A stretch of 48,610 nucleotides of DNA from Desulfurococcales archaeon (GCA_027037025.1 JALWBS010000005.1:1-48610), one strand, 5' to 3'. Positions 18,067 through 27,831 are shown, counted from the stretch's first letter. Program-made: numbers and translations. The notes: a model not told the origin generated them from the letters alone.

Positions 18067-21000
18067 ATCAGCCTTAACCTCTCCCTCTGCACTCCAGCTC
18101 CTCCAAACCCAGCTCCTCCACCAGCACCTATTCCTAGGCTGGGTATAGCTATTTGCACAGTGATCGGCGCCTGTGCCTGCGGTGTGGTGCCAGCCGATCC
18201 GTACTTTGTTGGTGTCGGAGGTGGTGGGAGTACTGGAGTTGTTAGGTGGTATGGAACCGACGTTACTTTGGGCACGCTTATCGTTCCTATGCGCGGCACT
18301 ATCGATGTTGGTACCTGAATGTTTATCGGTGTTATTACGCCTACGTCCACGCCGTTGATGTTTATCTTCGGTATCCTTATCGTTAAGCCGTTCAGCGAGA
18401 TGTTGATCGTCCCAACGATTTTCGGCGCTAGCTTGCTCAGATCGCCGACCGCTATCACTATCGGTGTCGTTATCTGGGGTAGCTTAATTGCGAAGAGGGG
18501 GACGACGCCTATGTCCTTGAACGCCTCCGCGATCTCTGTGGGTAGGCTAGCTGGTTTTGCCATGGACACGATCTCTTCGAATTCCTGCGGAGAGATCATG
18601 AACTGTTCAGCGGCTCTCAACTCGCGTTCTCTCCACACCATCAGCGGGTAGATCATTGCTAGGAACGGTATTGCGTCTAGGAACCTCAGCGCGTATCTCA
18701 GAAGAGATGACACTCCGCGTCTTATCACAATGACTCTGCTAAGATCATCGAACTCCGGATCTATCTCCCTAATCACATCGATTGCTCTCTCGTGCGATAG
18801 CTCGTCGAAGATCTTTCTAAGATGCGGATCCCTCTCGATGACTCTCCTCAGCTTTGGATCGATCTCCACAGTAACGTCTCTGTACCAAGTGGCTTTCCTA
18901 CCTCTCCTAGCTATGATGTGGTTCCGTACCCTAATCTCTATGTATCCAGCGTTCGGTATCTCAACTCTCCAGATAAGCTCGGTTCCGTCTCTCAGCGGAA
19001 TCATTCTCCTCTTAACAACTATTCTCAGACCATCGATTGTTACTATCCTCGTGTCCCATCCCTTGAGTAGCTTCTCGACCTCGAACGCGATTGATTTCGG
19101 AGCCGCTATCATGGTTCCTTCGCGTACGGTTCCAACCTTCTCGATCACGATGTAGTTGTTCGGGATCTCCGGCTCTTCCTCAACGATTTTCTCAAGCCTT
19201 CTAGCGACGAGCGCTAGATCCTCCGCTAGATCTCGCGCAATGGCAAGTTCGAGCTTTCCGCTCTTGGTAAGCATCCTTATCCTATCTATAACGCTTCTGA
19301 GCCCAGCCAAGATCCTGTTCTTAGCCTCGATCGTTATCGGCACGTACCTGAGCTCGCTCTCTATACTTTCTAGCTCCCTCAGTAGCTTAGCGATCTCCGT
19401 CCTAGACACCGGTTCTCCCTTCCTCATCTTCTCAACGACGGTGTTCACAGCGTTCACTAGCTTCCCAACGACTTCCTTCAGCTCCGGCGAGACCTCTTCG
19501 AGCGATCTAACGGTTTCAGCATAGAACTTCACAACGTCTTCTAGGTTCTCGGTTATCGGCACGATCCTGCTCATAACCGTTCTAGACACCGAGATCTTCT
19601 TGGCTAGATCCTTGAGCGTTGATACGAGCGGGCTTCTGGATCCGAAGAGCTTCTCGGCGAGCGAAGCTAGTCGCATTATCTCTTCTCCGGTGAAGTACGT
19701 TGCTATTACGGGGCTCGCATTCGCTAGCTCTTCGAAGACCTTGTTCAAGGCATCCACCGTGACGATCTCTCCCTTCCTAAGCTTCTCTACGATGCTTCGA
19801 ATGGCGTTGAAGTCTATGTCTGGGCACACCTTCTTCAACTCCTTTTCTAGGGATAGAATCTTCTCCAAGTCCTTCGCTAGAGCCGACGCAAATATCTTCT
19901 CGGCTTCGCTTCCGCGAACAACGATGTTCTCTATCGTTCTGACTCGGGTGAGGAACGGTCGTAGCGGTTCTAGTGCTTTTGCCAGCGATTCTATGGATGA
20001 CTCCAGATCCTTGATAGCCTCTCTAAGCTTCGTGAATGCGAAGAGCTCGCGCTCGGTCTTCGAGGACAGCGCCTTGGCTAGCTCATTGATTGCCTCTACG
20101 TATCTACCTTCTTTAAGTAGTCGGAGAGCGTCTGGTGATAGTATCCGTAGCTCAACGGCTTTTCTGATAACCGAGGTGATTAGGGCTCTCAGAGGCTTTC
20201 TCTTAGCTACCTCAATTCCTTTCTCTAGCTCTTCGTACACCTTCCTCAGGTTCTCAACGGCTTTCTCGACTTCCTTGGCTTGCCTAAGCGATTTCCTAGC
20301 CTCGGAAAGGACTTGATCAACTATCTTCCTCAGCTCGGGGGGTAGGAACCCTAGGTGCTGAGCTAGCTCCTTCTCGGCTTCTTCCACGGATCTTATCAGC
20401 GATGTGACGTGACGGATCTCGAACGACGCCTTCTTAATCTCTTCGCTTGCAGACTTTACTTTTTCGAGCGTTTGCAGAACCTGCTTACGGATAAGAACGT
20501 TTTCGTGGCTCAGCGACCCCTCCATCTCTTTGAGAATCGATGATATTCTCTTCGATAGGTCTTCAATCGTTGAAACGGCGCTCTCGATCATTCCCTTGTA
20601 CTTAATAAGCTCGCTGAAGCTGTTCGAAATGCTCTTTATCACCGCTTCGGCGGCTTCGTTGCCTAGAATGTTTCTCAAGTCTGTGAGGCTCTTTATTCTG
20701 GAGCTCTTGGATATGAAGTCCAGTATAAGCGCTCGCTTAACGTCTTCGGTGAGCTTGATCCCTTCCTCTGCAAGGGCTTTGGTAAACGCTTTTCCTAGGT
20801 TCTTCTCAAGTTCTTCGCTTGGAAGCTCGTGGAATACCCTCGATATCTCTCCGGGTTTCGCCTCTATCGTAGCTCTCATAACTCTTGCAATGCTTCTCAC
20901 ACCGCTTTCGATGGCTACAGACAGTGGTGTGAATGGATCTCCCGTGAGTATCGACGATACTACCTCCGATAATCGGTATCCAAGACCTAGCCTGCTCAGT

Positions 21001-22544
21001 ACCTCGGGTAGTGCAAATCCTAGCAGGATCATGCCAGCGTTTTCGAGGGCTTCCATAGGTGTTCCAAACATTCCTTTCAAAGCGTTGGATAGCTCGGTCA
21101 CCGCACCGTTTATGTCTCCAACAACCACGTGGTTGTAGGCACGCGAAGCGATTTCGAACATCGATTTCAGAGCTTCGTAGACGTGTAGCGGAGAGATGCT
21201 ACTTAGCACGAGCGCGATCGCTCCAGCTCCCAGCTCCGCTATCGAGCCGATTATGGCTAGCGGTAGTCCCCACCACTCCTTGTTTATGTTTCTAATACCT
21301 GCTAAGAAAGCTAGCCTAGTTTGGTCAAGTAGCGAGTTGATCGCTCTCTGAATGTCTTCGTACCACACCTTTAGGGGGGAGCCCGTGTATGGGCTCTGGA
21401 TGGACATACCCGCTTTCCTAAGGTAGTCGATGAGAACGTCGTAGAACCTAGGATCGATCTTGCACGCTTCCATAACTACGTCGGCTAGCCTAGACTTTAT
21501 CAATGCGCTCATCTTCTCTATCGAATGAATCAGCTTCCTAAGACCTTCGACCAGCTTGGCATCGGTTATCGAGTTGAGCTCGGAGTACGACCAAGCAATG
21601 TCGTTCTCCAGACGGTTCCAAGCTTCGTCAAGCTTCTCAGCTGTTCTCTTGAGGAGATCGACGTAGTTGCGGTTACCGAGTACGTAGCCCTTGTTCGGAT
21701 TGTACTCGTTTATTACGTGGACTAGGTTCGCTACCCACTGCCACAGCTCCATCAAGTCGAATAGTAGCTTTGCATAGATCTCGGAGGCGATCTCCGCGTT
21801 TCTCAATCTTTGAAGCAAGGAGTTTGCGTATATATCAACAACTTTCTTAGCGAAGTCGCTGAGAGTAATGCCTTGCTGGCTAGATACTCTGGTTACATCG
21901 ATTAGTCCGTAGATCATGGAGTTCCTCCATTGCTCCACCTCGTTGATCAAGTCCCTTATCCTGCTAGGTACGTTAATCGCTAGGCTAACTAACATCGTCA
22001 AGTCATCCAGAGAATCGATGCTCGTGTTGTAGATGTTCATCATGCTCCTTAGCTTGGAGTTGATTTCCTTCGTTAGCTTCTTGTAGCTCTCAACAATGGT
22101 CTTCAGAACCGTGCTCCACCTAGCTAGGTCTCTAAGCGCGTTGGATACGGTGCAGTACTTTGTTTCCAGACCTAGGTCGGCGGCTATCCTATCTATCTTG
22201 TTCGCTAGGTCGTTCACTACGCTTGCGTTGTTAGCCACGTTTATGAGATCCTCAACGGTTTTCGCCTTAGAGAATATCTCCTTTGCGTACTTCAGCAAGC
22301 TACGTAGCTCCTCTAGCTTCCTTATCTTCTCAACGTAGCTCTCCGCCAATGGTGGTAGCAGATCGTTTGCTTCGAGCTCCTCAGCTATCTCTATCGCTTT
22401 GCGGAACTTCCCTTCGCTAACGAGCTTCTGAATTACGTATGCTCCTAGATACTCAAGCACCTCCTTGCGCCCCTGCTTAGGTAGAGATTCGATCATCGAG
22501 ACTAGCGGCGAGGGATCAAGCTTCGCGGCTTGCATCGTCTTCAT
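18063..22544 (-). CDS. giant coiled-coil / membrane-associated protein (1493 aa), putative virion or scaffold/tape-measure-like component
   Basis: 4.5-kb uninterrupted ORF with long charged helical stretches. Internal hydrophobic segments (WWGLPLAIIGSIAELGAGAIALVL; IPFLAMIYPLMVW) and a Pro/Gly-rich C-terminus. GGGGTGAG just upstream of the ATG. Confidence 0.85.
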   Translation of the reverse strand: MKTMQAAKLDPSPLVSMIESLPKQGRKEVLEYLGAYVIQKLVSEGKFRKAIEIAEELEANDLLPPLAESYVEKIRKLEELRSLLKYAKEIFSKAKTVEDLINVANNASVVNDLANKIDRIAADLGLETKYCTVSNALRDLARWSTVLKTIVESYKKLTKEINSKLRSMMNIYNTSIDSLDDLTMLVSLAINVPSRIRDLINEVEQWRNSMIYGLIDVTRVSSQQGITLSDFAKKVVDIYANSLLQRLRNAEIASEIYAKLLFDLMELWQWVANLVHVINEYNPNKGYVLGNRNYVDLLKRTAEKLDEAWNRLENDIAWSYSELNSITDAKLVEGLRKLIHSIEKMSALIKSRLADVVMEACKIDPRFYDVLIDYLRKAGMSIQSPYTGSPLKVWYEDIQRAINSLLDQTRLAFLAGIRNINKEWWGLPLAIIGSIAELGAGAIALVLSSISPLHVYEALKSMFEIASRAYNHVVVGDINGAVTELSNALKGMFGTPMEALENAGMILLGFALPEVLSRLGLGYRLSEVVSSILTGDPFTPLSVAIESGVRSIARVMRATIEAKPGEISRVFHELPSEELEKNLGKAFTKALAEEGIKLTEDVKRALILDFISKSSRIKSLTDLRNILGNEAAEAVIKSISNSFSELIKYKGMIESAVSTIEDLSKRISSILKEMEGSLSHENVLIRKQVLQTLEKVKSASEEIKKASFEIRHVTSLIRSVEEAEKELAQHLGFLPPELRKIVDQVLSEARKSLRQAKEVEKAVENLRKVYEELEKGIEVAKRKPLRALITSVIRKAVELRILSPDALRLLKEGRYVEAINELAKALSSKTERELFAFTKLREAIKDLESSIESLAKALEPLRPFLTRVRTIENIVVRGSEAEKIFASALAKDLEKILSLEKELKKVCPDIDFNAIRSIVEKLRKGEIVTVDALNKVFEELANASPVIATYFTGEEIMRLASLAEKLFGSRSPLVSTLKDLAKKISVSRTVMSRIVPITENLEDVVKFYAETVRSLEEVSPELKEVVGKLVNAVNTVVEKMRKGEPVSRTEIAKLLRELESIESELRYVPITIEAKNRILAGLRSVIDRIRMLTKSGKLELAIARDLAEDLALVARRLEKIVEEEPEIPNNYIVIEKVGTVREGTMIAAPKSIAFEVEKLLKGWDTRIVTIDGLRIVVKRRMIPLRDGTELIWRVEIPNAGYIEIRVRNHIIARRGRKATWYRDVTVEIDPKLRRVIERDPHLRKIFDELSHERAIDVIREIDPEFDDLSRVIVIRRGVSSLLRYALRFLDAIPFLAMIYPLMVWRERELRAAEQFMISPQEFEEIVSMAKPASLPTEIAEAFKDIGVVPLFAIKLPQITTPIVIAVGDLSKLAPKIVGTINISLNGLTIRIPKININGVDVGVITPINIQVPTSIVPRIGTISVPKVTSVPYHLTTPVLPPPPTPTKYGSAGTTPQAQAPITVQIAIPSLGIGAGGGAGFGGAGVQRERLRLI

Positions 22545-22554
22545 ATTCTCACCC

Positions 22555-24111
22555 CTACATCATTCTAACCATTCCTCGCGTAGGAGCCGAGGGAGCCCCA
22601 CCACCTTTAATAAACCTCTTTAGGATTGAAAGCGCTTGCTCTGCGCTCAGACCATGTATGTCGATAGCTACCTTGAACAGCGTTTCGAGATCCTTAGGAA
22701 CTTCGTCGATCTCCTTAGCCTCTTCCATGAGCTTTCTAGCGCTCGATAAATCTCCTTTGAACGCTACTGTAATGGCTTTGGTTGCTAAGCATATTGCTAG
22801 TATGTGCTCAACGTTTTTCTTAAGCGCGTTGGAATCGATTTTGGCTAGCTTGAGCGCGTCTGGGCATTGATCTATCTTGGATAGTATGTCTCTGCACAGC
22901 TTAGCTACTTGATCGACGTTCTTCGGAGTGATTTTCTTGAAGGATCTTAGCTTGGCTACCTCTTTCTTCAGCTCGACGTAGATCTTCAACTCGTTGAATA
23001 GCTTCGACAGCGGTACGCCGTTTACCTTCACCTCCCCTAGCTCTGGATGCGTGGAGAGTATCTTGGATAGCTCCGAGAAATCCTCGTTCTTCAGTGCTTT
23101 GACTACCTCTTCAGCGATGTGCTTTCCATACGCTTCTGCAATTGTATCGACTATTTCGTGAATCAGCTTCTCCGATATCTGCGAAACGTTGGTGACCTTT
23201 GCCGGAGTGCCCGCTATCTTGGCTAGCTCTAGTAGCACTGTGGAGAACTCCTTTAGCTTGCTTCTAGGAACGGATCCTTTCATCGATAGCATCACGGCTA
23301 GAGCTATCTTCGCGTCGTTAGGTGTTTTAACCAGCTTAGGTATCTCACCGTAGTTACCGCTCGCGATCGCTTTCCTAACCTCTTTAACAAGCGCGAATAC
23401 GTGGATCACTCCCGCTATGTTCTTCGGAGCAACGGTTTCGAGCTTCTCTATCTCATCGAATCTCCCGTTCGAAGCTAGATCCAGAACGGCTCTAGCGAAG
23501 AGAGAGGATAGAAACGAGTTTACATCGATGTTTATCGCACCGATGTTTCTTAGATACACCAAGCCTTGCTCGGCTTGCGAAGCGAGCTTCGCGGCATCGA
23601 TGTACTTGCCGCCGTTCGACAAAGCGATTAGCTCGATGGCTTCCTTCACCGATGACGGCGCGCCGAGCTTTTTCAAGAGCTCTACGTACTCATCTATCTT
23701 ACCCCCCTTCGAAGCGGCTTCGATGGCTCTGCTCGCTACTAGCTTAGCAAGCTCTATCCTAGCCTCGGAGCTCCCGAACTTCGTAACTATCTCCGTAGCG
23801 GTCGATAGATCTCCTCTACTCGCTGAGAACCTCCATGCGAAGTCGGCGACTTCGTTCACAACGCTCTTCGGTAGCATGGACAAGACAAGGATCGGGTTAG
23901 CCCCGCTAGCGATAGCGTTCTCAGCTAAGTTAGCAACGAATTGCTCGAACGCTGTTTCAGCAGATACATTAGCGCCTAGACTCATCGTAGCCGTGGCAAG
24001 AGCGTAGCTCTTGCACAGCTCAGCGTTGTCTATGCATAGACGTAGAGCGTCTAGCCAGTCGCTGAACTCGATTAGCTTCGATATGCGGTCGAAGAACTCT
24101 TCCTCTTTCAA
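22555..24111 (-). CDS. alpha-helical repeat protein (518 aa)
   Basis: Ala/Leu/Lys-rich helical sequence. TTG start preceded by AGGGGATAG, with a TATA-like ctttattta about 32 nt upstream. Confidence 0.7.
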   Translation of the reverse strand: MKEEEFFDRISKLIEFSDWLDALRLCIDNAELCKSYALATATMSLGANVSAETAFEQFVANLAENAIASGANPILVLSMLPKSVVNEVADFAWRFSASRGDLSTATEIVTKFGSSEARIELAKLVASRAIEAASKGGKIDEYVELLKKLGAPSSVKEAIELIALSNGGKYIDAAKLASQAEQGLVYLRNIGAINIDVNSFLSSLFARAVLDLASNGRFDEIEKLETVAPKNIAGVIHVFALVKEVRKAIASGNYGEIPKLVKTPNDAKIALAVMLSMKGSVPRSKLKEFSTVLLELAKIAGTPAKVTNVSQISEKLIHEIVDTIAEAYGKHIAEEVVKALKNEDFSELSKILSTHPELGEVKVNGVPLSKLFNELKIYVELKKEVAKLRSFKKITPKNVDQVAKLCRDILSKIDQCPDALKLAKIDSNALKKNVEHILAICLATKAITVAFKGDLSSARKLMEEAKEIDEVPKDLETLFKVAIDIHGLSAEQALSILKRFIKGGGAPSAPTRGMVRMM

Positions 24112-24151
24112 CTATCCCCTCAGCGATCTTTCACCAGCTAAATAAAGTCTT

Positions 24152-24562
24152 TTATTTGAACGGTACCGGAATAATCATGCCGGTTTGCAGACTGGATTCA
24201 GTAGATGGTCTTATCTTGGATAGCTCGTTAGCCGTACATGGACGCGCAACGTCGTTGTCTATGCATATGCACGCAACATCGTTCGTCCCGTTCTCATCGA
24301 CGAAGTCCACGACTAGGTACAACCGCTTGTTCTCAACGTCCTTCATCGTTGTGCAGGACTTCGGTATGCAGCGCGGAGGAACGATCTTTATCGGTATCTC
24401 GCTCGAAACACCTCCAGATATCATGCCCTCCATTATCAGTATAGCCATCACCGGGTTGTTCATTGCGCAGAGCTTGGATACAAGCTCTCTGGCGTCCGAG
24501 GTTCCGAAGATCTTCGATAGCCTAGTGGCGAGCCACTCCGGGAGAATGTTGCTGATGTCCAT
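24152..24562 (-). CDS. hypothetical protein
   Basis: Start set to ATG 24562 (MDISNILPEW). The ORF-track ATG 24613 overlaps the divergent gene start (CATG). Confidence 0.5.
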   Translation of the reverse strand: MDISNILPEWLATRLSKIFGTSDARELVSKLCAMNNPVMAILIMEGMISGGVSSEIPIKIVPPRCIPKSCTTMKDVENKRLYLVVDFVDENGTNDVACICIDNDVARPCTANELSKIRPSTESSLQTGMIIPVPFK

Positions 24563-24611
24563 CGTAGGCACCGAATATATATCTCCACAGGGTAGAAAAG
24601 TTGGAGAGATC

Positions 24612-24926
24612 ATGGCTAGGAGGCTACCGGTTGTTCAGGAAGCTATTCTCAGCATGTGTAGCGATGCTAGGGCTAGGAAGATGATGATCATCGTTAGAGG
24701 AAAGCCTAGGTTCGCAAAGGTGGTTACGTACCTAAGGAAGAACGGATCGATAGATCTCATCGATGCCTGTGGCTGTAGAGATAAATCAGATCCGATTCTA
24801 TGCGTCTACAAATCCTTTACGAGAGCTCTAGCAACGTTGCTTGCACGCTACCCAAATTTAATCCGGAGACCCTACATATCTATCGGTGACCTCTGCGATG
24901 AAATGGATAGAGAACGCCCTAGTTAA
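24612..24926 (+). CDS. hypothetical protein
   Basis: Only the 3' third of ORF 24156..24926 looks protein-like (MARRLPVVQEAILSM...). GGAGAG upstream. The 5' part is Ser-rich and antisense to 24152..24562. Confidence 0.45.
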   Translation: MARRLPVVQEAILSMCSDARARKMMIIVRGKPRFAKVVTYLRKNGSIDLIDACGCRDKSDPILCVYKSFTRALATLLARYPNLIRRPYISIGDLCDEMDRERPS

Positions 24927-25170
24927 TAGCTCGAACGAGATCGAAGCCGTTAAGCTCCAGAGCAACGACACCGAAAGGTTTGTCGACGCAATCAGCTTAA
25001 TCATCGCGGAGCTCATATTTAGAGGATGTAGCGACACCGAGATCGAGGACGCTCTGGAGAACATGATGAAGCTAGCCAAAGGTCTTGAGAAGAGAGCAAT
25101 TGTGAAATGCTCAATCGGGATGTTTGTTATAGAAAAAGACGGTGATTTGCTAAGAATTAAAAGAGGGTAG
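24898..25170 (+). CDS. hypothetical protein
   Basis: ATG 24898 preceded by GGTGAC. The ORF-track GTG start is 24886. Confidence 0.45.
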   Translation: MKWIENALVNSSNEIEAVKLQSNDTERFVDAISLIIAELIFRGCSDTEIEDALENMMKLAKGLEKRAIVKCSIGMFVIEKDGDLLRIKRG

Positions 25171-25174
25171 AACC

Positions 25175-25531
25175 TTACTTTCCTAGTATGCTGGTCGTAC
25201 CAATCAGCTTTCTTATGATCCATACCGCTATCGCTACAACTCCTCCGATTATTAGCATCAGTATCATTACATTGAACAGACTCTGGTTATTCGCCAAGTA
25301 GTTCGGTATGGAAGCACTACTTGATATCTTCTGAAGCGAGGTGTTTAGAGCAGTAAGTATATACGTAACTACACCGATCGTTATACCGATTGCTGCTACA
25401 ACCACTACTATTGTTAGAATATCTCTACCGAATACTGCGAACTCGCTACCTCCCGCTATTCTTCCTTCAGACATTCTGGTTATGGGCTTTGTCTTTACAA
25501 CTGCTGGAATTAGGGTTGCGAGACCTCGCAT
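25175..25531 (-). CDS. membrane protein
   Basis: ATG 25531 preceded by GGTGA 5 nt upstream. Two long hydrophobic helices. Confidence 0.55.
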   Translation of the reverse strand: MRGLATLIPAVVKTKPITRMSEGRIAGGSEFAVFGRDILTIVVVVAAIGITIGVVTYILTALNTSLQKISSSASIPNYLANNQSLFNVMILMLIIGGVVAIAVWIIRKLIGTTSILGK

Positions 25532-25564
25532 TTGAATCACCGTCGGTTAGGCTCTCGTTTCTAG

Positions 25565-25579
25565 GAAATAAAACCTTTC
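25565..25579 (-). promoter_or_regulatory. BRE/TATA-like box (GAAAGGTTTTATTTC on minus strand)
   Basis: Near-identical to the box at 27207..27221. About 35-40 nt upstream of the start of 25175..25531. Confidence 0.5.
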
Positions 25580-25586
25580 ATATAGA

Positions 25587-25865
25587 CTACAGCATGTCGT
25601 GGATTACGTACACGGCAAACGATATCAGTACATCCACGATCCTTCGCAGGGTGTCCATTGTCCACTCCGACATGTCCCAGCTAATGTCTTCTGGAATGGG
25701 TCTTCCACACGCTTTCACGACCTTTAGGAAGGTGTATGCCAAAGCCATTCTCTTGGTTATTGGCTGGGTCTCGTCGAGTATCGTTGGGGCTATCTCTCTG
25801 AGTATGAGCAGGGCTATGTATGGTCGAAGAGATCTTCCGCTAGGTATGTAGAGGTCTAGGCTCAT
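25587..25865 (-). CDS. hypothetical protein
   Basis: 92-codon ORF with a 1-nt overlap with the upstream gene. Confidence 0.5.
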   Translation of the reverse strand: MSLDLYIPSGRSLRPYIALLILREIAPTILDETQPITKRMALAYTFLKVVKACGRPIPEDISWDMSEWTMDTLRRIVDVLISFAVYVIHDML

Positions 25866-26302
25866 TACACTCCCACGCTGACACCTACTAAACTAAGGAT
25901 TTTCTTCGTTACGTAGTACCACAGGGTGAACTGTAGAAACGCTCCGATGAAATAGAGCGGTGGTAGTAGGTATGCGCAGCTCGGCGGCACGATCTTGGAT
26001 ATCACGATGACTATGTTTATGAATCCCGTTAGTAGCGTGTATAGAAACTGTAGTAGTGCTGTTACCGCGGCTATCGCCACCTTTGTCCATGCTATCACCC
26101 CGGCTGTGGGGGACGAGGGGTATTGGGATACTATCGACCGTGTAACGTTTATGAAGTACGACGTTGGTAGCATGAGCGTCTCGATCTCTTTGGGAACCTC
26201 GATTCCGGAGGATAGGTAGGCGAGGGCTATTATGGTTATGAGTATGGAGAACATGAACGCGAAGGCAAATGCCGCGGACGCAATCGAGTCTAGACTAATC
26301 AT
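25865..26302 (-). CDS. membrane protein (about 4 TM helices)
   Basis: Strongly hydrophobic 145-aa ORF. Confidence 0.6.
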   Translation of the reverse strand: MISLDSIASAAFAFAFMFSILITIIALAYLSSGIEVPKEIETLMLPTSYFINVTRSIVSQYPSSPTAGVIAWTKVAIAAVTALLQFLYTLLTGFINIVIVISKIVPPSCAYLLPPLYFIGAFLQFTLWYYVTKKILSLVGVSVGV

Positions 26303-26316
26303 CTTCTCTCCTATGC

Positions 26317-27015
26317 TTAGATGGGTAGTGCGATTTTCAGCTCGTGGAGCTCGTAACTCATGACTCCCTTGGTGATGAGCTCGTTCTTGAGCTTGCGGAT
26401 CTCGTCGAGAGCCTCGCCTAGGTTACCGAACTTCTTTTTCCACCCTATCAAAACACCGTTTTCGTATATCGGTTTCCAACCCTCTCTCCTCAGCACCGAC
26501 GATGGTACTGGGTGCGCTGTGAAGCACACCACGGTGTTGTCTCCATCGAGTGCGAATATAGCGGTTCTCCTAGGTATCGAGGTTGCTAGCACGCCCAGCG
26601 GCACGCCCTCGGTCATTCCTAGGTCGCTCGCGGCTATGCCAAACGATACGTAGCTGAAGAACATAGCCTCGCCCAGCTTGTTCCATGGATACACCCTAAC
26701 CCTTAGATCCCCGCCTTCCTTCACAGCCGTTTCAGCTGGGTAGCTATACCTGCTCCAGTACTGCGGCTCGTACCACTTCTCCGGATCGAAAGTCAATCCG
26801 AACCTCAAGCCGTAGAGACCTAGGTGAGTGACCTCGGCGAGCTCGTAAAGAGCTCTCTCAAGACTCATCTCCTCGCCGCGGTGCTCCTCAACCCATTTCT
26901 CAACCGCTTCAACCATTTTCTTCAGCCTAGACTTGGAGGCAAACACCTTGATAACTCCGAAGGGGTAGCCCCGCTGGATCATGTGTCGAAAGAGCCTTCC
27001 GTGCACGATCACCAT
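26317..27015 (-). CDS. hypothetical protein
   Basis: 232-codon ORF. Its start overlaps the stop of the small ORF 27009..27173. Confidence 0.65.
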   Translation of the reverse strand: MVIVHGRLFRHMIQRGYPFGVIKVFASKSRLKKMVEAVEKWVEEHRGEEMSLERALYELAEVTHLGLYGLRFGLTFDPEKWYEPQYWSRYSYPAETAVKEGGDLRVRVYPWNKLGEAMFFSYVSFGIAASDLGMTEGVPLGVLATSIPRRTAIFALDGDNTVVCFTAHPVPSSVLRREGWKPIYENGVLIGWKKKFGNLGEALDEIRKLKNELITKGVMSYELHELKIALPI

Positions 27016-27173
27016 ATTTTCACCGTCTTGATCTTTCCATCCCTATCCCTATACACGATTATTCCCTTGGACGTGTCGATCGATATAACATCCTTCTTGC
27101 TTATCCTCTTACCGTCTGGTAGGACAACCTCGTCGCTCCTAACATCTATCTCCGGAACGACGACCAGCTTCAT
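27009..27173 (-). CDS. small ORF (54 aa, MKLVVVPEIDVRSDEVVLPDGKRISKKDVISIDTSKGIIVYRDRDGKIKTVKIW), not in ORF track
   Basis: ATG preceded by GGTGAGAGA. The TGA stop overlaps the ATG region of 26317..27015 (ATGGTGA). Hand-translated. Confidence 0.4.
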   Translation of the reverse strand: MKLVVVPEIDVRSDEVVLPDGKRISKKDVISIDTSKGIIVYRDRDGKIKTVKIW

Positions 27174-27206
27174 TCTCTCACCGTAGATCGAACTGTGTCT
27201 CTAAAT

Positions 27207-27221
27207 GAAAGGTTTTATTTA
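27207..27221 (+). promoter_or_regulatory. BRE/TATA-like box (GAAAGGTTTTATTTA)
   Basis: About 34 nt upstream of ATG 27255. A GAGGTG SD-like site lies in between. Confidence 0.5.
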
Positions 27222-27254
27222 GCGCTGTGTGATGAACAAGTGAGGTGTGCATGA

Positions 27255-27788
27255 ATGGTTTACCAAAGGAAGTTCCTAACGGATATCGTGAACATACTCA
27301 AGGCTAAGTACGGGGTAACCGAGGATACGATGCACTATGTTAAGAGCTTTGCTGCTAAGCTAATGACTGAGATAACTAAGGAGATACTATTCGATATGAT
27401 GCCTAGACTAAGGGAGGAGGGTAGACCGGGAGAGTTCTGGATACTCGGTCTAAAGGCTATCCTACCGATATACTGGTACTGCATCGAGAGGATTCCGAAG
27501 GAGAAGCTCGCCGAGTGGGCTAACGAGTACGTGAAAGAGGGTATTGTGCCTAGGGAGGCTGTCGAGACGCTGAAATCCATGGTCGAGGAATACATACTGA
27601 ATCCAGAGAAGTTCGTTGAGCTTCCAGAGCTCAAGCAGAAGAAGGCTGCTACCGGTCTATACAGATTGCTACAGTTCGGAGCGGCTACGGGCTACCACGT
27701 AGCTTCGAAGTTCGCTAACGCGATTAGGGCTATTGCCGAGAGAGTAGGTGTCGTAACATCTAAGACGCCTGCTACTGCCCCAGCCTAA
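27255..27788 (+). CDS. hypothetical protein
   Basis: 177-codon ORF with promoter-like box and SD-like site upstream. Confidence 0.6.
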   Translation: MVYQRKFLTDIVNILKAKYGVTEDTMHYVKSFAAKLMTEITKEILFDMMPRLREEGRPGEFWILGLKAILPIYWYCIERIPKEKLAEWANEYVKEGIVPREAVETLKSMVEEYILNPEKFVELPELKQKKAATGLYRLLQFGAATGYHVASKFANAIRAIAERVGVVTSKTPATAPA

Positions 27789-27831
27789 GTTTCTGTGCTT
27801 CAACTCGTTTTATAGACAACTCCTTTTTACT

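Noticed and set aside
18173-22338. Many + strand ORFs (e.g. 18730..19155, 19600..20316, 20530..21138) opposite the 1493-aa gene
   Set aside because: All are Ser/Leu/Phe-rich mirror-frame products typical of the antisense strand of a Glu/Lys/Leu-rich coiled-coil gene. The long uninterrupted minus-strand ORF explains the region.
24156-24611. 5' two-thirds of + strand ORF 24156..24926
   Set aside because: It is Ser-rich, low-complexity and antisense to the better-looking 24152..24562 gene. Only the part from ATG 24612 onward was kept as a CDS.
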